This document shows positions 8,803-20,176 of a stretch of 64,000 bases of DNA, one piece after another; within the stretch, counting starts at the first letter, position 1, and each line of letters begins with the position of its first letter. This DNA comes from an uncultured Desulfospira sp. (GTDB lineage Bacteria > Desulfobacterota > Desulfobacteria > Desulfobacterales > Desulfobacteraceae): positions 3,648,001 to 3,712,000 of the forward strand of contig OY760175.1 in assembly GCA_963663165.1 (NCBI GenBank), read 5' to 3'. Below the pieces are notes generated by a model that had not been told where the DNA came from, did no database searches, and saw nothing but the letters and a program-made list of their open reading frames with translations. A program made the position numbers and the translations under genes.

Positions 8803-10920
8803 ATGCTTAACCCCAAACTTTTACCGACATTAACCGGCGGGTGGATCATACTGATGGTGACCCTGGTTTCCGGGGTTTTATCCGGGCCTTTGTTTGCCCG
8901 GTCAACGGTTGAAGAGCTGGTGGAATCCATGAGTCTTGAACAGCTCATGACCCTTGAGGCCGGTTCCACCAGCTTTTTTGAAACACCGATAGAAAAGATG
9001 CCGGGCAGCCTGTATGTCATTTCCCGGGAAACCATGGATTTTTCATACGGGGCAAGCCTGGCAGATTACCTTTCCTATTACGTTCCCGGGGCCCAGATAT
9101 CCGAATTTTACGATAAAGGCCCGCTGTACACCACCCGGGGAACCTCAGGCGGCTCCAACGGCACCACCCTTTTCATGCTCAACTCAGAAAAACTGAACAC
9201 CAGCAGCGGCATGCCGTTTAACCTCAACCTTCCCCTGTTAGGGTTTGCCGACCGGATTGAAGTGCTGAACGGCCCCTGTTCCCTGATCCACGGCAGCGGC
9301 AGCATGAACGGATTTGTTAATATCATCCATAAAACCGGAAAAGACAACCCCGGCTCATTTTTATCCGTGGAAACCGGCCTTAACGACGGGATGATCCGGA
9401 TGGAAACCGGCCATGGCCTGCCCGATACCCGGATCGGGGACCTGTATCTGTATGCAGGGGCGGTAGAATCTGATTCCCTGGACCGGCCGGCAAAGCAGGC
9501 CGATGCCTTTACCGGCCCGAGTTTCAGGACCTCTTTTAACCTGCACAAAAAAAACCTTACCCTGACAGCATTTGCCGAGCAGGAAAAATTTGAGTCCAGC
9601 CTGCCCGACCTCACCAGAAATCCGGATGACGGATATTTACAGGTTGAGATGAAAAGCTATGGCGCCATTCCCAAACTCAAATTCGACATCAGCCCCTTTG
9701 AAGACATCACCATTTCCATGCCGATCACCTATTTTGAGCAGTCTGAATCGGTTCCCCAACCGGATATAACCGGCACTTCTGACGAAGAATTTCATTTCAA
9801 AACACATCTTCTTTTCCGGACCACCCGCATCAACCGACATAAGCTCGCCGTTGGCGGTACGGCGTTCATGTTAAAAAAAGAGCGGAACATTCAGCAGTAC
9901 AATTTTTTTGACTATGGGCCGGGGCAGCCGCCCGCTGCTTTGGCCGATATATCCCTTAAGCTTTTCTGCATCGGCCTTAGCGCCTATGTGGAGGATACCA
10001 TTGAGGTGACCCCCCGGCTGGATCTGTTTACCGGCTTACGGTATGACAGTGTTCATGCCAAAGATTTTACACTTGACATCAATGATGCCGGAAAAACCGA
10101 TATCGGGTTCAGTGGAAATTACGATGAAATCGTAACGCCAAGATTAGGGGTCACCTATGCGCTTTCCAGTGAAAAATTCTTAACATTTATGTACCAGCAG
10201 GGGTACAGCAACCCGGACTATGCCGACCGCATCGGGCACAACAGGCTCAGCGATATTTCAACGGAAAAACTGGAAAGCTTGGAGCTTGGATACCACCAGT
10301 CACTGGCCCGGGAAAGGGGAAAAATCAGCCTGAGCGCTTACTATAATATTTTCAGGGACACGGCGCTGCAGGGATATACCAGAAGCCAGGCCGGCGATTC
10401 CGTCGCCATTCCCATTGTCATGGACCGGTTTGACGTCTTTGGCTTTGAAGGCGCCTTCACCTATCATTTTGATCCCCGTACAAGCCTTTGGGCATCCTAT
10501 TCCTATTCACGGCCCGTCAATTTCAACACCAATGGCTTAGCCCACCCCATCACCAGCGAAGACGGGGATGAATGGCTGATTTTCCCCACACACATGATCA
10601 AGCTCAATGTCTCCCATCGTTTTTTCAACGACCGGTTAGAGGTGCTGATCGGCGGCCTGTACAACAGCAGTATTTCCACCCTTCAAAGAGAACCGGCCCC
10701 GGGTTCATCATCTGAAGATGTCTTTTCCCACCACCGGTTTGTGCTCAATGCCGCGGCCCGTTACAAGCTGTCCAAAACCCTGACCTTAACCCTGCGGGGG
10801 AAAAATATCCTGGACAACGATGTCCCGGCCACCGGGTACTACTACAACTGGGGGTATGGAAAAGATAACACGGCCTTTACCCACCCGGAGGTGTATATCG
10901 GGTTGAACTGGAAATTTTGA
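8803..10920 (+). CDS. TonB-dependent receptor
   Basis: Signal peptide; MSLEQLMTL N-terminal motif; plug motif RIEVLNGPCSLIHGSGSMNGFVNII; C-terminal aromatic ..GLNWKF. Confidence 0.85.
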   Translation: MLNPKLLPTLTGGWIILMVTLVSGVLSGPLFARSTVEELVESMSLEQLMTLEAGSTSFFETPIEKMPGSLYVISRETMDFSYGASLADYLSYYVPGAQISEFYDKGPLYTTRGTSGGSNGTTLFMLNSEKLNTSSGMPFNLNLPLLGFADRIEVLNGPCSLIHGSGSMNGFVNIIHKTGKDNPGSFLSVETGLNDGMIRMETGHGLPDTRIGDLYLYAGAVESDSLDRPAKQADAFTGPSFRTSFNLHKKNLTLTAFAEQEKFESSLPDLTRNPDDGYLQVEMKSYGAIPKLKFDISPFEDITISMPITYFEQSESVPQPDITGTSDEEFHFKTHLLFRTTRINRHKLAVGGTAFMLKKERNIQQYNFFDYGPGQPPAALADISLKLFCIGLSAYVEDTIEVTPRLDLFTGLRYDSVHAKDFTLDINDAGKTDIGFSGNYDEIVTPRLGVTYALSSEKFLTFMYQQGYSNPDYADRIGHNRLSDISTEKLESLELGYHQSLARERGKISLSAYYNIFRDTALQGYTRSQAGDSVAIPIVMDRFDVFGFEGAFTYHFDPRTSLWASYSYSRPVNFNTNGLAHPITSEDGDEWLIFPTHMIKLNVSHRFFNDRLEVLIGGLYNSSISTLQREPAPGSSSEDVFSHHRFVLNAAARYKLSKTLTLTLRGKNILDNDVPATGYYYNWGYGKDNTAFTHPEVYIGLNWKF

Positions 10921-11504
10921 TCATGAGGCCTTTCAAATTGAAATCCGCCTGCATGGCCGCCGCTTTTCTGGTCCTGCTGTTTCCCTTCACCGGGACCGGT
11001 TCCGGCCTCAAGTCGGGGCCGGTCTCGGAGCAGGAAATCCAGGCGGCCATGGTCATGAAGTTCACCGATTTCATCTCGTGGCCGGAACATTCCTTTGCCC
11101 ATAAAAAAGCCCCTTTTATCCTCGGAATTTTAGGGGGGCCCGGTTTGGGGACATTATTTTCCCCTTTTATCGGCCACCTGATCCAGGGACGGCCCCTTGC
11201 GGTTCAAACCTATGACCATATCACCCAGATCACCCAGCCTCAGATCCTGATCATCAGCCAGTCCAAAAAGGATCTGGCAGACCAGGTTATCGGGCAGATG
11301 AAGGCCAGACCCGTGCTGACCATAGGAAATTTCCCTGAATTTGCCGACATGGGCGGGCTGATCGCCTTTTGCAAAAAGCCCGGGGGCAGGATCGGATTTA
11401 AAATCAATCTGACCGCCAAAACAGACTCCGGGCTTGAAATCAGCTCGTTTCTCATGAAACTGGGAGAAATTGTCCAGCCTGGGAAAAAGGGGGATACGCC
11501 GTGA
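10917..11504 (+). CDS. YfiR family (DUF4154) periplasmic protein
   Basis: EQEIQAAMVMKFTDFISWP, PVLTIG, GGLIAF, FKINL, GLEISSFLMKL. Confidence 0.85.
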   Translation: MIMRPFKLKSACMAAAFLVLLFPFTGTGSGLKSGPVSEQEIQAAMVMKFTDFISWPEHSFAHKKAPFILGILGGPGLGTLFSPFIGHLIQGRPLAVQTYDHITQITQPQILIISQSKKDLADQVIGQMKARPVLTIGNFPEFADMGGLIAFCKKPGGRIGFKINLTAKTDSGLEISSFLMKLGEIVQPGKKGDTP

Positions 11505-14257
11505 ACATTTTAAAATCCTTTTCTTTCCTGCTTCGAAAACAGAAATCCATTCAGTCCAAAATCCTGACCATTGTTCTGTTCAGCAATGCATTGGGCCTGG
11601 CCATCGGCAGTCTTTTCTTCATCGTCAACGATATCATGCTGGTCAAAAAAAGCCTGGTATACGGGTTTACGGCCCTGGCCGATGTCACATCCAAGAACCT
11701 GGAAGCCCCCCTTTATTTTGGAGATGCCAAGGCCGGCAAAGACACCCTTCTGGCCCTGATGGCCAATGAAGACATCCTTGGGGCCTGTGTTTATGACAAA
11801 ACCGGAAAAATCTTTACCACTTACACCAGCCCGGGATCAGATCTCAACCTTGAATCCTTTTCCGGGTTAAAGATGATGCCCGACGGCATCCACCTGAAAA
11901 AGTCCCGGTTTCTAACCTACAAAACGGTAAACTTTAAAGGGAACATCCTGGGAAGGATTCTGATCATGGCCGATACCGCCCATATGCTCAACCTGGTGGG
12001 CCAGCACATTTTATACAACATCTGTCTGTTTACCGGGATCTGTGCCCTGATTTATCTGCTTTCTACCCGGGCCATGAAAATCATCACGGGTCCCCTCAAC
12101 CGGCTGTACCGGGCAGTGGAATCCATCACCAGAGAAAAGAACTATTCGTTGAGGGTGACATACAGCGACGATGACGAATTTGGCCGGATGATCAAGGCCT
12201 TTAACCAGATGATCAGTGAAATCCAGATCAGGGACAGCCAGCTTGAAAACAATATGGACATTCTCGAAGAAAAAGTCCAGGAAAGGACCCGGACCCTCAA
12301 TGAATTAAACCGGGAACTGTTAAAAGAAAAGGAAAAGGCCGAGGTGGCCAGCCAGGCAAAAACTGATTTTCTGGCCAACATGAGCCATGAAATCCGGACC
12401 CCCATGAACGCCATTTTAGGATTAAGCCACCTGTCTTTAAAAGCCGGCCTGGACAGAAAACAGAACAATTACATCCTGAAAATAAAACGGGCCGCCGAAT
12501 CGCTGCTTCAAATTATTGACGATATCCTTGATTTCTCCAAAATTGAGGCCGGCAAACTGGTCATGGAAGTCCGGGACCTGGACCTGAAGGAAATCGTGCA
12601 GGACATCTCCACCCTGCTGTCCATAAAAGCCCATGACAGGGGGCTGAACCTTGTGTTTAACATTGATCCTAAGACCCCGGTGCATCTTAAAGGCGACGGG
12701 TTACGGCTGAGCCAGATCCTGATGAACCTGATCGGAAATGCCATCAAGTTTACCGAAAAAGGAGATATCTTTGTATTCATCTATCCGGTTCAGGTTGAAA
12801 ATGATCAGGTTATTTTAAAATTTGAAGTGGCCGATACCGGTATCGGCCTGACCCGGGAGCAGCAAGGCAAGCTTTTTCAGTCTTTCCAGCAGGCAGACAC
12901 ATCCACCACCCGTAAATTCGGCGGCACCGGGTTAGGGCTTGCCATCTGCAAGAACCTGGTGGATTTAATGGGCGGCACCATCGGGGTTGAAAGCGAAATA
13001 GACAACGGCAGTACTTTTTATTTTACAGCGAAATTCGGATGCTGCAAAGACGGCACTCAACCCGAAAACCAGGCAGGTTTTCCGCCCAATGGCGCGCAAT
13101 TCCCGGACCATTCCTCTGGAGATCACATGCTGGAAAAAAATCAGACAACCGTTCATATCTGCGATGTTCCCGAAGGCTTTGATGCCTTTCGGGGGGCACG
13201 TATCCTGCTGGTGGAAGACAATGAAATCAACCAGGAAGTGGCCGTGGACATGCTTGAAGGGGAAGGCTTTTTCACTGATGTGGCCGGCAACGGCAAAGAC
13301 GCCCTGAACCGGTTAAAAGACCCTAAATTTGCCGCATCCCTTGACCTGATCCTCATGGATTTGCAGATGCCGGTTATGGACGGCTATGACGCGTCAAGGC
13401 AAATCAGAAAAATAGACGCCCTCAAGGCGCTGCCCATCATTGCCATGACCGCCGATGTCATGAACGGGGTCCACGAAAAGGCCGAGCAAAGCGGCATGAG
13501 CGACTACATCTCCAAACCCATTGATCCGGCCCTATTGTTCAGCACCCTGGCAAAGTGGATCAAACCCGGCGACAGGCCCCTTCCGGACGGCTTTGAGCCC
13601 AGACCCGTTTGTTCGCCCCTTCAGGCACCTGCTTTTAAAATTCCAGGAATTAATGTTTCCTTAGGGATATACAGGGTGAGCGGGAATGTGGACGCCTATA
13701 AAAAAATGCTTAAAAAATTTGTGCTTCACCACCGGGATGCGGGACAGAAGATTGTCCATGAAGTGGAAAACCAAAACTTAAAAGAAGCTTCCGCCCTGGC
13801 CCATATGCTCAAAGGGGTGGCCGGCAATATCGGCGCATCAGACCTGTATAATTCCCTGTTGGATCTTGAAAAGGCCTTAACATCCCATGGGGATAAAGAC
13901 ATTCCCTCCGCCGCAGACAAGGCCAACACCATTCTGCTTCGTACGGTGTCGCTCATTGAACCGGTTTTAGAACAACCGGACTTACCGGACCAAAGCGCAT
14001 CCCCCCCGGACCGGAAACCGGAAAAAGAGATCCTCAGCGACATGGCCCCAATGCTGGACAGGCTGTCACAGCTTTTGGAGACCTTTAATGTGGATGCGGA
14101 AAATGTTCTGGAAACCCTGATGGAAAAGGCCAGAGGATCGGCCATGGAAGAAGGCCTGATGCCCATCCAGAAAAAACTGGACGGGTATGACTTTGAAGGG
14201 GCGGCCCAGGAACTGTCCCGCTTTAGAGAAACCGTTAACACAAAAATGGACCCGTAA
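11501..14257 (+). CDS. Hybrid sensor histidine kinase (periplasmic sensor, HAMP, HisKA, HATPase, REC, HPt)
   Basis: [31 protein letters not shown]; HPt [12 protein letters not shown]. Confidence 0.93.
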   Translation: MNILKSFSFLLRKQKSIQSKILTIVLFSNALGLAIGSLFFIVNDIMLVKKSLVYGFTALADVTSKNLEAPLYFGDAKAGKDTLLALMANEDILGACVYDKTGKIFTTYTSPGSDLNLESFSGLKMMPDGIHLKKSRFLTYKTVNFKGNILGRILIMADTAHMLNLVGQHILYNICLFTGICALIYLLSTRAMKIITGPLNRLYRAVESITREKNYSLRVTYSDDDEFGRMIKAFNQMISEIQIRDSQLENNMDILEEKVQERTRTLNELNRELLKEKEKAEVASQAKTDFLANMSHEIRTPMNAILGLSHLSLKAGLDRKQNNYILKIKRAAESLLQIIDDILDFSKIEAGKLVMEVRDLDLKEIVQDISTLLSIKAHDRGLNLVFNIDPKTPVHLKGDGLRLSQILMNLIGNAIKFTEKGDIFVFIYPVQVENDQVILKFEVADTGIGLTREQQGKLFQSFQQADTSTTRKFGGTGLGLAICKNLVDLMGGTIGVESEIDNGSTFYFTAKFGCCKDGTQPENQAGFPPNGAQFPDHSSGDHMLEKNQTTVHICDVPEGFDAFRGARILLVEDNEINQEVAVDMLEGEGFFTDVAGNGKDALNRLKDPKFAASLDLILMDLQMPVMDGYDASRQIRKIDALKALPIIAMTADVMNGVHEKAEQSGMSDYISKPIDPALLFSTLAKWIKPGDRPLPDGFEPRPVCSPLQAPAFKIPGINVSLGIYRVSGNVDAYKKMLKKFVLHHRDAGQKIVHEVENQNLKEASALAHMLKGVAGNIGASDLYNSLLDLEKALTSHGDKDIPSAADKANTILLRTVSLIEPVLEQPDLPDQSASPPDRKPEKEILSDMAPMLDRLSQLLETFNVDAENVLETLMEKARGSAMEEGLMPIQKKLDGYDFEGAAQELSRFRETVNTKMDP

Positions 14258-14262
14258 AAATC

Positions 14263-15402
14263 ATGGAAAACAAACCAGGCCCGGAACAAAAAATTCTGAT
14301 CGTGGACGACATCCCCACCAATCTGGATCTTTTAAAAGGGATTTTACAGCCTTCCTACACGGTGTTTGTGGCCATCAACGGCAGTATTGCACTGCAAATC
14401 GCACAAACCCAGGAACCGGATTTGATTTTGCTGGATATCATGATGCCTGAAATGGACGGATATGAAGTATGCAAAAGGCTTAAAGCCCATGAGGCAACAT
14501 CAAAAATCCCGGTGATTTTTGTTACGGCCAAAGGGGCCCCGGTTGACGAATCCAAAGGATTTAAAGTGGGATGTGTTGATTACATTAAAAAACCCATCAG
14601 CCCCCTCATTGTTTCCGCAAGGGTAAAGACCCACCTGATGCTCCGCCGTGCCCTTCACACCCTGGAACAGCAGAATGAAGAACTGAAAAAAGCGGCAAAG
14701 CTCCGGGAGGATGTGGAACGGATCTCCCGGCATGATCTGAAAAATCCCATGTCGGCCATCTTTTCAGGGCTATACTTTCTCGGGGTGGACCCGGACCTGG
14801 GCAAAGAGGCCAAAGAGCATCTTGAAACCATCAATGAGGCGGCCCAGGACATGCTCAACATGATCAACTCATCCCTTGACCTGTTTAAAATGGAGCAGGA
14901 TATCTACCGGCCCAACCTTGAAGATGTGGATATCATGGACATCCTTACACGGATCAAAAGGGATTTAAGGGCCCTTTCCAGTGCAAAGGACAGCCGCATA
15001 GAGGTAAAGGGCCCATACGGCACACCCCCGGAGGGAATTTCGAATTTTACGGTAAGGGGAGAACCCCTGCTCATTTATTCCATGCTGGTGAACCTGTTAA
15101 AAAATGCCCTGGAGGCAACCCCGGCCGATGAACCCGTGACCGTTGCCCTGGCCTCACGCCGGGACCAGGCGCAAATTGCCATTCACAACAGGGGGGCCAT
15201 CCCCAAAGACATCCGGGATACGGTGTTTGACAAATTCGTAACCTGCGGAAAACAAAAAGGAACCGGACTTGGGACATACAGTGCCCGGCTGATTGCACAC
15301 ACCCTGGGAGGCGATATTGCCATGGAAACCTATGAGCAGAGGGGAACGACATTCACAGTATTGCTGGCAAAAGGAAATGACTTCGGGTATAAAGAAACAT
15401 AA
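14263..15402 (+). CDS. REC-histidine kinase hybrid
   Basis: N-terminal REC (LDIMMP); H-box RHDLKNP; GTGLG. Confidence 0.9.
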   Translation: MENKPGPEQKILIVDDIPTNLDLLKGILQPSYTVFVAINGSIALQIAQTQEPDLILLDIMMPEMDGYEVCKRLKAHEATSKIPVIFVTAKGAPVDESKGFKVGCVDYIKKPISPLIVSARVKTHLMLRRALHTLEQQNEELKKAAKLREDVERISRHDLKNPMSAIFSGLYFLGVDPDLGKEAKEHLETINEAAQDMLNMINSSLDLFKMEQDIYRPNLEDVDIMDILTRIKRDLRALSSAKDSRIEVKGPYGTPPEGISNFTVRGEPLLIYSMLVNLLKNALEATPADEPVTVALASRRDQAQIAIHNRGAIPKDIRDTVFDKFVTCGKQKGTGLGTYSARLIAHTLGGDIAMETYEQRGTTFTVLLAKGNDFGYKET

Positions 15403-15423
15403 CCGCCACACTTTCGAAAATAA

Positions 15424-15891
15424 TTGATGACAACCAGCCGGCAAAAAAACAATAGGAAAGACACCGTGTACGATAAGGCAATGAGTCCCAATCTCAATTT
15501 TCTTCTGGTGGATGATGACCCCAGAATCTTGAAGACCCTCCGGAAAACCTTAGAGGCTGCCGGATTCAAAAACCTGCATACGGCTGAAAACGGAAAGGCG
15601 GCCCTTAACTGCCTTCGGGAATACGGCATAGACCTGGTTTTCATGGACTGGGACATGCCGGAAATGAACGGCGGCGAAGTCCTTGAAGAAATGCAGACCC
15701 AAAACATGCTCACCCACACCAAAGTGGTGATGCTCACCGCCCACTCTGAAAAAGACTATGTGGTGGTATCCAAACAGCTGGGCGCAGCCAATTATATCAT
15801 AAAGCCCTTCACCCCCATTGCCATCTATGAAAAACTCGAATCGATTTTTCATGCCAACCTCCCCTATAAAAACGACATTGTTTTTTTGTAA
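15424..15891 (+). CDS. CheY-like single-domain response regulator
   Basis: LVDDD, MDWDMPEMNG, KPF; start may be ATG 15481. Confidence 0.88.
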   Translation: MMTTSRQKNNRKDTVYDKAMSPNLNFLLVDDDPRILKTLRKTLEAAGFKNLHTAENGKAALNCLREYGIDLVFMDWDMPEMNGGEVLEEMQTQNMLTHTKVVMLTAHSEKDYVVVSKQLGAANYIIKPFTPIAIYEKLESIFHANLPYKNDIVFL

Positions 15892-15942
15892 GCATTCATC
15901 GGAACAGCCGACAGACGGACCGTTTCTTTAAAAACTCCGGTT

Positions 15943-18900
15943 TTATTTCCCATGGATCACTATTCCAAACCCCGAAACCAGCCGGGCAAGGTCGCAGGCA
16001 TCGATCCTGCCGTCCCCGTTAAAATCACCTTCCGGAAAAAAAGCCGTATCCTGTGCGGTACTTCCCAGGGCCGGCAGCAACAGGGCCAGATCTTTTCCAT
16101 CCACATCAAAATCTTTGTCCAGGTCTATTTGGGGTGCGATTTCCTGGAGATCTACCCGGCCCAGGCCTGAGGCCATGACGCAAAGGTCCTTTTGGTCAAT
16201 GACATTGTCCCGGTTAAAATCCGCCCGGGCCAGAAACCCGGGCTGACCTGAGACACTGCCCAGTGCCGCGGCAAAAAGGGCCAGGTCCTCTCCATCCACA
16301 TCCAGATCAAGGTCGAAGTCGGCTGCCATGGGGTTGCCCGGATGAATGTCAGCATTCTTTGGATCCGTTCCAAGCCCTGTTTCTTCCCCGTCCCCGTATC
16401 CGTCATTGTCCGAATCCCAGTCAAAAGGATCGGTTCCAAGGGCAATTTCATCGGCGTTTAACAGGCCGTCCTGGTCGGCATCCCCGGCCCGGGTCATGGT
16501 GGTAAAGGTCCACAACGGCCCCTCGGTTTCCCCGCCATGGGAATCCAGGCAGACGATTTTCCAGAAATACTGAACCCCATAGTCAAGGCCGGCAAGTTCA
16601 AACTCCGGCACCAGAAGGCCCTGCCCTGACGGGGCCATTTCATCGGGGTCCGTGCCCAGGTACAGGTTGAAACTCAGGCTGTCCAGGGGATCAGGATCCG
16701 TTCCTGTCCAGGATAAAACAAGATCCGGGAAAGTCTGGATTTTCCCGTTCTCAGGGTCAGGCGAACAGGGAATATCAGGGTCTTGATTATGGGTGACCGT
16801 CACGGGGACAGGACTGTATACCCCCATGGAACTGTCACTGTCACTGATTTCAAGATAAATGTAATAGGTCCCTTCCGGCACCAGTGCCACGTTCCAGGCA
16901 AATTCATCATCTTCTAAATCAGGATCTTCAAGAATCCCGTCCTGGATCAGGGTTCCGTCAAATCCCTGGTCGTCGGTATCGTAAAAAATGGAAATCCATG
17001 CGTTGGAATCCGGGTCCTCATCGGTCCATTGAATTAAAATATCCCCGCTGTTTTCAACCACACTTGTCACAGGCTGTACCAGGGTAATCTGAGGGGGAAC
17101 GTTTTCTTCCACATATTTAAGAAAAAACCGGGTAACCACACTCCAGGGCCCGGGAAGGCCATGTCCGTCAACGGCCCGGCACCGGAAATAGTAAGTTGAA
17201 AAATTTTCAAGCTCAGGTTCCACCTGCCAGGAATTAGCGGCGGTTTCAGTCTCGCGGACCACCTGGCTGAGCCCGGCATCGGCATATACTTCAAACTCAA
17301 AGGTTAAATCATCCCTGTCCGGTTCCAAGACCGGGTTAACTTCCAGCACAGGGGTAAGGGTGGTGACCCAGGCCCCCGTGTCCGGATTGTTGATGGAGGG
17401 TGTAGCCGGGGTCTGGTTCGCCGAATTGGTAAAAAAAGAGCCAGACGCCCACTCACTGCACCCACTGCCGCTAAAGGCCCGGACCCGCCAGAAATACAAG
17501 GTGTTGTCCATTAAATTTCCCGGTTCCCAGGACACGGATTTCTGGGCGATGCCTGTTTTTTCCGAAACCATAAGGTTTGAGCTGTCAAAGGCCGGGGACA
17601 GATCCAGCTCAAAAGAGTAGTTCATGGACCCGGAAACCGGATCAACGCTGCCCGAAGCGGTGAGAACCGGGGCAAGGCTTTGTATCTCTTCCCCCTGGGC
17701 CGGACTAGAAATCAGCGGTGTTCCGGGAGGCGAATGGGTAACGTCCACGGTAAAGGATGCCACAGGGGAAAATGTGCTGTTGCCCTCATTGTCGGTCAGT
17801 TTACACCGCCAGTAATAGGTCGTGCCGTCTTCCAGATCCGTATCCGCCTGCCAGGACAGGGTGGTTTCTTCTCCGGGATCCAGGTCAGGAGAGCCCGCCA
17901 CAAAAAGGGTTAAAGCGTCATCGGAAAAGATTTGAAATTCAGCGGTTAATTGATCCTGGTCCGGATTTTCTTTGCAGGTTACGCTGAGGACCGGATTAAG
18001 GGTGGCCGAAAGGCCCTGGTCACAGGGGCCGGCAATTAAGGGCGGGCCCGGCGGTTCATCCACCGCATTGACAAAGAATGTTCCATAGGTCCACAGGCTG
18101 TATGCAATGCCGTCACAGGCCCTGACCCGCCAGTAAACCGTCTGATTTTCCAGGAAGGCGTCAACCGGACTGAACGAGGTTGAGGGTTCTGCCTCGGGCA
18201 CCTGGTACCGGCTTTCCAAAAGGTCCGTATATTCCGGATCACTGTAAATCTCAACATCATAAAACAGGGCATCGCCGTCCTTGTCCGTACTGTTGGCGAT
18301 CTCCAGAACCGGAGAAAGTGTATCAACCGGTGATCCGTCAAGGGGCTGTATAATCCCCGGGGCAGACGGCCCGTATTCGCCGTCCAGGGGATCCAGGCCG
18401 GTTAAATATTCGTCCAGGTCGCAGATCCCGTCATGATCAAAGTCTTCTGAACCGTCCCGGTCCAGGGAGTCGAAATGGCTGATCTCCCACTGATCCGCCA
18501 TCCCGTCGCAGTCAGCGTCCGACCCGGGACAAATTTTAATGGCCCCGGAGGTTGATGTTTCAAGAACGCCGTCAGAGGCGGTAAAAATAATTGAATAGGA
18601 ACCGGCCTGGCCGCTCAAGGGGACCCAGTCAAATATGGCCTGGCCGTTTTCCTGGTCTGTAAAAACCGCCCCGGCCGGCAGGGATACGGCCGTCAGGCTC
18701 GGGATGGTGCCGTCCGGGTCACTGGCAATCACCATAAATGAAACCGGGTCCCCTTCGACACGGACCATATCCGGTACCGGCTGGATAACCGGGGCCTGGG
18801 GTGAATCTGCCGGTTCGGTTAAGACCAGCGTATAGGACCCGGTGGAATTCACGTCAAAAATATTAAAATAATAAGACCATTGGCTGGTCCCTTCCCGTTC

Positions 18901-20145
18901 TTTGGAAAACCAGGCGTTCTGAAGGGAGATCTGCTTTCCGTCAGACCGAGTCAGGCGCTTTATCTCCATTGCACCGCCTTCAGGGTCCGTCAGTTTGGCA
19001 AAGGAAAACCCGGTGCCCTGGGGAAGGGTTAAGCCATAGGTCTTTTCATCTGCCGTGCCGGTCTTAAACGTAAGGCCGGCCTGGGAGGAGACATCGCTTA
19101 CCTGGGATTCGGTGTTTTCCGACTCATAGATCACCAGTCCCTGGTCCGACTGTCCCAAAAAGTCATTGATGTCGTCCCGGCCCGGCAGGTCCACCCGGAC
19201 CTCTCCCACAAGGGTGTGGGTCTGCACGTCCGTGATCAGCGAGGTCAGGTCCCCGCCCAGCTCATCGGAGTGAGTGAAATTGGCTGAAAAATTTTCAAAC
19301 CGTCCGGACAATGAACTGGTCATGGTCCAGGCCGCCGTCTTGCATGTCCCGGGATCAATATCCCCGAATTGCGCTAAAAGGGAGGCGGATGTCTCCTGTC
19401 CCTGGATGCGTGTCCCGGTAATTACAAAATGGACCAGCAGGTTCTGGTCATTTTCCGTAATCTCGGGCTGGGCCGACTGGATGGAAAGGTCCACGGCCTT
19501 CCCGTATCCTGAATTTTTCACCCGGGCCCCGAACACAAAGGGGACCGGTGCTTCGATTTGAGTCGTAAAGGCATCATCGCCATACACATACTCCGGTAAA
19601 AAATAATCCAGGGTCAGTTCCGGCATGGGTTTGACATGGATATAATCCGGGGACACCCGGGTGAGCTGCTCTTCCCCGTTAAGGGTATAGGTCAGCTGTG
19701 CCCCCACATAGTAAAGCCGGCCTGCGGCAGACTGCCCCCCGGACCCCGGCGCCGGGATGATGAGCCAGTGAATATCGGCATAGGAAGCAGGATTAACACT
19801 CCCGGAACCGTCCACATCCGCAATATTTTCCAGGGTGTCCACCCGGATGAAAAAGGCGGCCTCGGTGTCACTGGAATCAGAGGATGCCGTAACCGCGTTC
19901 TCCAGTTCATCGGTAAACAGCACCTTGACGGCCACATTTTCAAGACTGGTTTCGGGCAGGCTGTTCAATATGCGCATGTGGGCATCAAAGGCCTGGCGTT
20001 CAAGGGAAAGCTCCTGCTCGATCGAAAGCTTGACTTCGGCGCATACGGATTCTTCGGCATAAGCCCTGCAGCAGCAGAGAGAAAATACAATGAAAATCAG
20101 CAGGAAACACGGTTTTGTCTTTGAATTATTCATTTTCATGATCAA
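15943..20145 (-). CDS. Large secreted modular protein (N-terminal domain of unknown function, Ig/FN3-like repeats, TSP3-like Ca-binding repeats, C-terminal dockerin/EF-hand-like pairs)
   Basis: Signal peptide (..RAYA-EE); repeated YYWRVRA; DADCDGMADQWE; DSDNDGYGDGEE; C-terminal ADFDLDLDVDGEDL and GDFNGDGRIDACDL. Confidence 0.8.
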   Translation of the reverse strand: MIMKMNNSKTKPCFLLIFIVFSLCCCRAYAEESVCAEVKLSIEQELSLERQAFDAHMRILNSLPETSLENVAVKVLFTDELENAVTASSDSSDTEAAFFIRVDTLENIADVDGSGSVNPASYADIHWLIIPAPGSGGQSAAGRLYYVGAQLTYTLNGEEQLTRVSPDYIHVKPMPELTLDYFLPEYVYGDDAFTTQIEAPVPFVFGARVKNSGYGKAVDLSIQSAQPEITENDQNLLVHFVITGTRIQGQETSASLLAQFGDIDPGTCKTAAWTMTSSLSGRFENFSANFTHSDELGGDLTSLITDVQTHTLVGEVRVDLPGRDDINDFLGQSDQGLVIYESENTESQVSDVSSQAGLTFKTGTADEKTYGLTLPQGTGFSFAKLTDPEGGAMEIKRLTRSDGKQISLQNAWFSKEREGTSQWSYYFNIFDVNSTGSYTLVLTEPADSPQAPVIQPVPDMVRVEGDPVSFMVIASDPDGTIPSLTAVSLPAGAVFTDQENGQAIFDWVPLSGQAGSYSIIFTASDGVLETSTSGAIKICPGSDADCDGMADQWEISHFDSLDRDGSEDFDHDGICDLDEYLTGLDPLDGEYGPSAPGIIQPLDGSPVDTLSPVLEIANSTDKDGDALFYDVEIYSDPEYTDLLESRYQVPEAEPSTSFSPVDAFLENQTVYWRVRACDGIAYSLWTYGTFFVNAVDEPPGPPLIAGPCDQGLSATLNPVLSVTCKENPDQDQLTAEFQIFSDDALTLFVAGSPDLDPGEETTLSWQADTDLEDGTTYYWRCKLTDNEGNSTFSPVASFTVDVTHSPPGTPLISSPAQGEEIQSLAPVLTASGSVDPVSGSMNYSFELDLSPAFDSSNLMVSEKTGIAQKSVSWEPGNLMDNTLYFWRVRAFSGSGCSEWASGSFFTNSANQTPATPSINNPDTGAWVTTLTPVLEVNPVLEPDRDDLTFEFEVYADAGLSQVVRETETAANSWQVEPELENFSTYYFRCRAVDGHGLPGPWSVVTRFFLKYVEENVPPQITLVQPVTSVVENSGDILIQWTDEDPDSNAWISIFYDTDDQGFDGTLIQDGILEDPDLEDDEFAWNVALVPEGTYYIYLEISDSDSSMGVYSPVPVTVTHNQDPDIPCSPDPENGKIQTFPDLVLSWTGTDPDPLDSLSFNLYLGTDPDEMAPSGQGLLVPEFELAGLDYGVQYFWKIVCLDSHGGETEGPLWTFTTMTRAGDADQDGLLNADEIALGTDPFDWDSDNDGYGDGEETGLGTDPKNADIHPGNPMAADFDLDLDVDGEDLALFAAALGSVSGQPGFLARADFNRDNVIDQKDLCVMASGLGRVDLQEIAPQIDLDKDFDVDGKDLALLLPALGSTAQDTAFFPEGDFNGDGRIDACDLARLVSGFGIVIHGK

Positions 20146-20176
20146 TATTTTTTTCCTGTATATATTGGACTGCCGC

